This document shows positions 57,330 to 64,000 of a stretch of 64,000 bases of DNA, one piece after another. The stretch comes from the human T2T-CHM13v2.0 reference genome, Homo sapiens, in NCBI RefSeq assembly GCF_009914755.1, contig NC_060942.1; one strand, 5' to 3'. Position 1 is the stretch's first letter. Each line of letters starts with the position of its first letter. The notes beneath the pieces were generated by a model. That model searched no databases. It was not told the origin of the DNA and worked only from the letters and a program-made list of their open reading frames with translations. The position numbers and the translations under genes are program-made.

Positions 57330-57977
57330 CTTAGTTCCTCAAAGAGCTATAAACAGAACCACCATTCAACTCAGCAATCCCACTACTAGATATATACCCA
57401 GAGGAATGTAAATCATTCTACCATAAAGACACATGTACACCAATGTTGACTGCTGTACTATTCACAATAGCAAAGACATTGAATCAGCCTAAATTCACAT
57501 CAATGACAGATTGGATAAAGAATACGTGGTACACATACACCATGGAATACTATGCAGCTATGAAAATTGAGATCACGTCTTTTGCAGGAACATGGATGAA
57601 GCTGGACGCCATTATCCCTGGCAAAAAAATGCAGGAACAGAAAATCAAATACCATATGTTCTCACTTATAAATGGGAACTAAATGATAAGAATTATGAAC
57701 ACAAAGAAGGAAGTAACAGACATTGGTGCCTAATTGAGGGTGGACGATGGGAGAAGGGAGAGGATCAGAAAAGATAACTATTGGGTACTGGGCTTCATAC
57801 CTCACTGATGAAATAATTTGTACAATAAACCCCTGTGACACAAGTTTACCTTCACATTTACCCCTGAACCTAAAATATATACCCGTGATCATATACTCCA
57901 CAAATACCCCTGAACCTAAAATATACCCACAAGCACAACCTTCACATATACCCCGAACCTAAAATTAAAAGAAAAAA
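57330..57977 (+). mobile_element. L1PA15/16-like 3' end with triplicated terminus
   Basis: ORF2 remnant LFTIAKTLNQPK...YHMFSLINGN; 3'UTR gagaggatcagaaaagataactattgggtac. Confidence 0.9.
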
Positions 57978-60479
57978 TGGGTATTTCTAAATGTAGTTAG
58001 AAGTGTGCTTGAAAGTGTTAAATGGAATGTTTTCTCTATCAAGCTGAATCACTTCAATCTCCACAAAGATTTCAGTATTCAGCATTCCTTCCTGCCCTCT
58101 TTCCCCACACAGGAAACGAATTATTTTGGGAAGAAGTTACAGGAGAAAGGGAATCTGGAGTGTGCCCAATTTGGGGGGGGTGGCAGGAGCAGTAAATGGA
58201 ATGCTGCTTTAAGCAAGAACAGAGACTGCAGAAGAAGTGGCAGCTCAGGAGAGGACAAAAGAAAAGAAAGGCACCAGAACAGTGTTAAATTGCTCTGATT
58301 CCATTTAGGAGGAGGATAGAAGCCCTGTCCACCTTGGTGGAGCTTGCAGGAATCTCATGCTAAACCACAGTGAAATGTTGACCTTTTGTGGTGATGACTC
58401 TTGAGTCGGAAAAAAAAAAAAAAAGAAGTGAAATTATGCTCAATAACCTCTAAGAGGTTTGATAAGTCCTTCCAAAATACTCACTTTGGTGCCTAATTAG
58501 TTAAACCCTTGTTATCCACAGATGAAGAAATAGTACCCCATTTCCTGGTGGTTCCAAGGGGAAATTTCCATGTATTTGCTTAAGTACCAGAGCCCAGCCA
58601 TCCTGCCTCAGCCTGGGCTGGCGATTCTGCAGGGCAGAGCCCAGGGTGTTGGGGCCTGGTGCCACCATCCCCATGGCCCACCCAGGCCTGGATCTGCAAC
58701 TCTCTCACCCTCAACATCTGCCTCTCTTCCCATTTTCCCAGGACCCTGTTCTCAACTAATAAACAATCCAAGTTAACCCATGCCAGTTACCTTCCCCAGA
58801 TAACTTATTTATAATGCAACAATGTTCATCTAATGTGAGGATGCCAGAGTATTTAGGCAGACCAGGGCCAGGAAATATTTAGGTCCACAGGCCTTCGAAA
58901 TGCCTGTTCTCAAAATCTGTGTTCCCATCATCTCATTTTTCTTCAGAAGACCATTGGTTCCAAGATGTGAGATGTGGGGGGCCCTGCAGGGGTGCGGCCA
59001 GGACCCTCTCCCAACTTTGCAGCTGAGCATTAAGGTGACTCAGTCATGCTACAAAGTGGACACTCATTTGGAGTCAGAAAAAAATCTCTTGGTCTGGACC
59101 CTAGCAGATCACACTCTGTCCCAGAGGTTCCTCAAACATGGCACATGAACGAACAGGGTGCTTCCCAACTTTACTTCTGTTCCAACAACTAAGAAATTCT
59201 AAGTAACTCCTTACAAGAGTCTTGGCTTTTGAGTTATGGACACTTTTAAAGTCAGCTTTCTTCATTGGCACGACTTAGAGACAACCAAGTCACAGGCTGG
59301 TCATGGAAGAGACACAAGTGAGTGAAGGAAGCTCCTGGAGGACAGTGGTTCTGGGGAGCCCTTTGCCCAGCAGAGGACCCAGCCTTTCCCTAAAGCACAC
59401 TGCCTGGCAAGCCACTCTATAAACACAATCAGTAACAAGGGCCCTGGGCTTAGCGAGAATCCATGCTTTTCCCTTCTATCCACATGTCCCGAGAAGATGC
59501 AGCCCACCAGCTCCAAAGCAAAGCAGCAGGTCCGGCAGGCAGAACCACCCCCAACCAGCAAATTGTCCCATTCTCTTCACAGCTCCAATAGCAAAAACTA
59601 CAAATACTTTTGCACCAACCTAATATCTCCAGAAACAAATCTACCATCAGTGTAGTCTACACATAAATATACATTTAATAAATTTATCAAACACCATAGC
59701 TGACGGTGAATTAATTAACTTCTCATCAGAAAAGTATAATTCAGAAAGTTGTACTTCTTAAAATTACAAACAACCTAGGGGGAAAAAAACTTTAAAAAAC
59801 AAATCAGCTGAAGTACTAACAAAGTGGCAGCCAATACAGAGTAGATGTATAATTTTGCTTCTTTTATCTGCTATGTGGAACAGTTAGGTCATTCTGTAAA
59901 GCTCACTGTAACTGGAAAAGATCCAGAAATCCTGTTTGGTTCTAGATACCACATCTAAAATAACTTTATGCTTCTTGCTCTAGGCTATCTTTATTAATTA
60001 CCATTTTGGGCAAATGAATGACGGCTATTTGCAAAATGCTCAAGGAAAGCAACACATTATCTTTTTTGAAACTAAAAGGCAGCAACTCTTCCCAAACATG
60101 GTGCTGAGTGAGTGAACAGGGAGGAAACTAAAGCAATGCCTCAGTGCACAGAAATTAATTTTTGATTGACACAAGAGAAGTCTCAGGTTCCTGGGGCTAT
60201 TGGGCAATATGGAGATAAACTGTTTCTCACCTGGGCTAATGGTCCTGAAGTTGGAAGAATGAGTTGTGTATTTATTCCACACCCGCTATAGGAAGAAAAT
60301 CCTCCAAGCCCATAGAAAAACATTCTCAATCTTTCCTTTCTGACATTTACAACCAAAGAAGCAAACAGCCTCCAAAGGAATGAAAACCAATTCTTTCCAT
60401 TCAGCAGAGCACTAGGACGAAGATCTAATGAATTCCAGAAGAGCCTTGAAGTAGAAGGGGGTGCAAACCATTAGGGCCG

Positions 60480-61500
60480 ACTGTCTAGTTATAACCACAG
60501 TCCACACACCTGGCCTCACTTCTAACACCAACTGCACAAGTAGACATCTCAGGTTCAACAATTCACTAGAAAGACTGATTAAAAGCTGTTGTACTTATGG
60601 TACAGTGTTTAGTTTAGCTAAAGGATACAGATGAAGACCAGCCAAAGGAAGAGATGCATAGGACAGAGACCAGGAAAAGCATGAAACGTGTTACTTTCCT
60701 GGCAAAGATGTGTGACAATACTCAAAATACTGCCAATCAGGGAAGCTCAACTGAGCCGCAGTGTTCAGAGTTTTCACTGGGGCTTCATTATGCAGGTGTG
60801 GTTTACTGCCACATGGCTGACCTCAATCTCCAGCCCCCAACCTAAATGGCATAGTTGATTCTTGAGGTAGGAGGCAGGACTCAGACACTGGACAATACTG
60901 AGGACTAGCTAAAAAAGGACAACAAGGAAACAGCTTTCCATAAGACAGGCCCACCCATGTGCCATGTCTGTTTATCACTGCCATGGCAACACCCAGGAGT
61001 CACTGCCCCTTTCCATGGCACGGACCTGATGACTGAAAAGTTACCATCCTTTTCCTAGAAATCTCTGCATAAACCTCCCCTTAATTTACCTGTAATTAAA
61101 AATAGGTATAAATATGACTGCAAAATTGCCCTGAGCTGCTGCTTTCAGCACACTGCCTATGGGGTAGACCTGTTCTGCAGGAGTTGTCATGAAGCTGTAA
61201 CACTGCCTGAGCTGTAACACTACCAATTCAAGAAAGCTGTTTTCTCCTACCCTACCACCAGCTCCCCTTGAATTCTTCCCTGGATGAAGCCAAGAACCCT
61301 CATGGGCTAAGCTCCACTTTGGAGCTTACCTGCCCTGCATCAATCTTTCTGATATGGCCATACCCTACCCTATGCATGACCAGCTCCTGACCCAAAATCA
61401 CACTATTGGTATTTCTGGGGTTTCCAGCCCCTACCCTAAATCATATTTTGAGCCCATAACAAAGGCAAGACCCCTTTGTGGGCAAGGTTAAATTATTTAA
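60480..61500 (-). mobile_element. MER21B-like LTR interrupted by a MER41-family LTR
   Basis: cacttctaacaccaactgca; aaaggatacagatgaagaccagccaaaggaagagatgcatagg; sequence resumes after 61346. Confidence 0.65.
60863..61342 (+). mobile_element. MER41C/E-like ERV1 solo LTR
   Basis: tgaggtaggaggcaggactc...gaggactagctaaaa...ctgccctgcatca; TSD ttct/atct. Confidence 0.75.
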
Positions 61501-61858
61501 GACCCAGGCAGCAAATGGCTATACCAGGCATAAAGTCAGTTATCCTGACCCTTAACAGAGAACCAAGAAACAAGGTCAGCCTGCCTCCTGGAGCTGAAGC
61601 CCTGCCCAGTCCCATTCCCTGCCTCACCTCTCTCTAAAGGGGGTAAAGACCAAAGTAGTGACAATGGGTTGGAAGCTTAATTCAAGAAAGAGAAAATCAT
61701 CCACATACCATTTCTTCCTCAAAATGGGGATAGTTTCTCTCTGGGAATTCTGCTATTGCTTCTAGGACCAATGAGACTTTCTTTACTCTGATTCAACCAA
61801 GTAATTCTCCAGCTGCTTTTCTAGAAGCTAACCTAGAAGCCCACCAATCTAATGCATC

Positions 61859-62212
61859 TGTCAGGATCAACTGGGTTCTGCTGTGGTCACAAACCCCATC
61901 CAACATTTCACTGGCACACACAAGGTGTCTGCTTTTGGCTTCTGCTCCATGTTCATCATGGGCTGGCTGGGGGTTCTGGAATTCAGGTTGACGGAGCAAC
62001 CCTCCCAGAACAGTACTGGTTACCATGGCAGGCAAGGAAGAGCTTGGCAAAATGTGTTATCAGAAATGTTATGAAAGTGGCTTCAGCTCATATTTCCTTA
62101 ATCAAACCGAATCCCATGGTCATGTCCAAGTTAAACTGTAAGGAAGTGCAATTCTACCAAGTGGTCAGGAGAAAGGGAACCAGATATTCATGAGCAACCA
62201 AACAACTACTGC
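61859..62212 (-). mobile_element. MLT1 (K-like) MaLR LTR
   Basis: ggttctgctgtggtcacaaacc; cagctcatatttccttaatcaaa; ggaagtgcaattctacca. Confidence 0.65.
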
Positions 62213-62929
62213 ATCCACTTCCCAACCAAAGTAGGAATCTCCTCATCTACGTCTCTGACAAGGGCTGAAGGGGATCTGATTGGGAATATGGGGGGTTTGT
62301 GTTGTCATTTTAAAACCAAGGTATATAGGGGATGTCTTCTGAATTCAAAGAGTAACATGGAATAGTTGCAGAATTAATTGTTTCAGTTTCACTTGTCTGC
62401 CTTGCTCTGTAGTGTGGGCACCAAAGTTCCCCAGTCCACATCACAGGTGGCTAGTAGTCAACCCCCACCCTCAAAAGACCATTACAGCCTAAGATTATAA
62501 TGGCCATAGCTGGACCAAGAGCTTAAAGGGTAACCTCAGTCTAACAATGACAACAGCATTCAGGTTTGCCTCGATTTGCAAATTCAAGTGCACCGAGGCA
62601 TACCATGTGAAATCACAACAGCATCATTCCAGTCATAAGAAATCACAGTGAAGATGAGTGCCAGCAGACATACGATAGGAAAACACCTAAGAATGGAAAG
62701 AGTATGAATCACAGAAACTCCTGATGAATTACCAACTGAGTTCACTGTGAGCTGAACTAAAACGCCATCACTTCTTCACACAGACTTCTGTCCAGCCAAG
62801 GGGAATGTGGTAATTACATTGTCAAATATTTTTAATCTAAATGAAGCATTTAACGTTTCTATTAAGCTTTATCTTCCTCATTCCAATCCATCAAAGTAAC
62901 TGTATCTAACCCTGAGCACTGCACACTAA

Positions 62930-63320
62930 GAAGGTCATTGACAAACTAGTGAGTACTCATAGGACAGAGAGAGTAGTAAGGGGTCTGTTACAAGAGAAAG
63001 AGGGGATTGGACATTTATTTAGCTGGGAGAAGCCTTGGAAAGGATGTTATCTGTTTGAAAAACATGAAGGGCAGCTGTGTAGAATAAAATAGGCTTCTTT
63101 TAACTCCAAAGGCAGAAAGTGGAGTCAGTAGGCAGGACCCAGGAGGCCCCCCTCAGTTACTAAGAGCAGAACCACCTTCTAACAATGTGAGATCCCACAG
63201 GCTCAGCAACCGCAGCATTCTGTATTTAGGAGTTGTTGAACAGCACCGGCTGACACCAGCCACAGGATGGGGCATTAGAGCGGTTGATCTGTATGGGTCT
63301 AAGGCTTCTCAGTGACTAAT
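62930..63320 (+). mobile_element. L3/CR1 3' fragment
   Basis: tttagctgggagaag...aacatgaagggcagctgtgtagaa...ctccaaaggcagaa...ttctaacaat. Confidence 0.6.
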
Positions 63321-64000
63321 CACACCAATATTTATCTGGATATATGAAGGCTGGGAATAAGGAAGAATAAAAAGTTCTATAACATAGCCAGAGATTTAGA
63401 AAGCCCCCAAATGACTACAGGTAGAAGGAATAGAAGGCAGGCATTTGTTAAGGAAAAAAATATCTTAGAGGCTATCTATATAGACAGGATGTTGTTCGGA
63501 TGGGCACCATGAAAGGCAGCAATAGAAGGTCAGAACATGGCATGCAACACACAATTTGTGTACAGGCTTGTCCTGTCTCCTACGCACCTGCCTTAATCCA
63601 TCTGGCAACCTGCAAGCACATTCTGCCCTATTCGTTGCTCTCACAGGGGTCTTGCTTAGGGCCAAGCACACCATACGCATGGAATATCCATTTTCTGGAG
63701 GGCCTCATCATCTAGCCGGACAGAATGTTATCACCTTCTTATCCAAAGGCTTTGTCTTATGGTGAGGAAGCTGGTGAGGCAAGCTGCACTGAACACTCAG
63801 GTGTTGTGAAAATGTCTTCTGGGCATGTAACATCACAGTGAGTCACAGAACACAGAGACCAGAGGATCAAGGTAACCACTTCTGCCCCACCCCCCTTAGA
63901 AATATTAACCAGATTGTAGGAAACCCAAACAATCCCTTTAAGTAGAAAGGGATAGATTAAGAAAGCAACCAGATGGCTTGACACAGCATCAGTAACTTTT

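Overview
This window is primate (human-like) nuclear DNA, apparently intronic or intergenic. I could not recognise any cellular protein-coding exon, RNA gene, CpG island or CRISPR array. The only ORFs resembling real proteins are decayed LINE-1 ORF2 C-termini; the others are Alu-derived or chance ORFs. A large share of the window is interspersed repeat: about 12 Alus, about 13 L1 fragments (L1PA to L1M), solo LTRs (MER21-like x2, LTR9-like, MER41B, MER41C/E-like, MLT2, MLT1), many MIR/L2/L3 relics, hAT DNA-transposon relics and microsatellites. Subfamily names come from recalled consensus sequences, not a RepeatMasker run, and boundaries of old repeats are approximate. Best observations: (1) a MER41B LTR with both tandem STAT1 GAS sites intact; (2) an LTR9-like LTR with two octamer motifs inserted inside an AluJ; (3) a MER5A>L1>AluY nest where two retrotranspositions used the same endonuclease nick; (4) a + strand L1 bias suggesting an intron of a minus-strand gene. 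I found no evidence for a new biological system.
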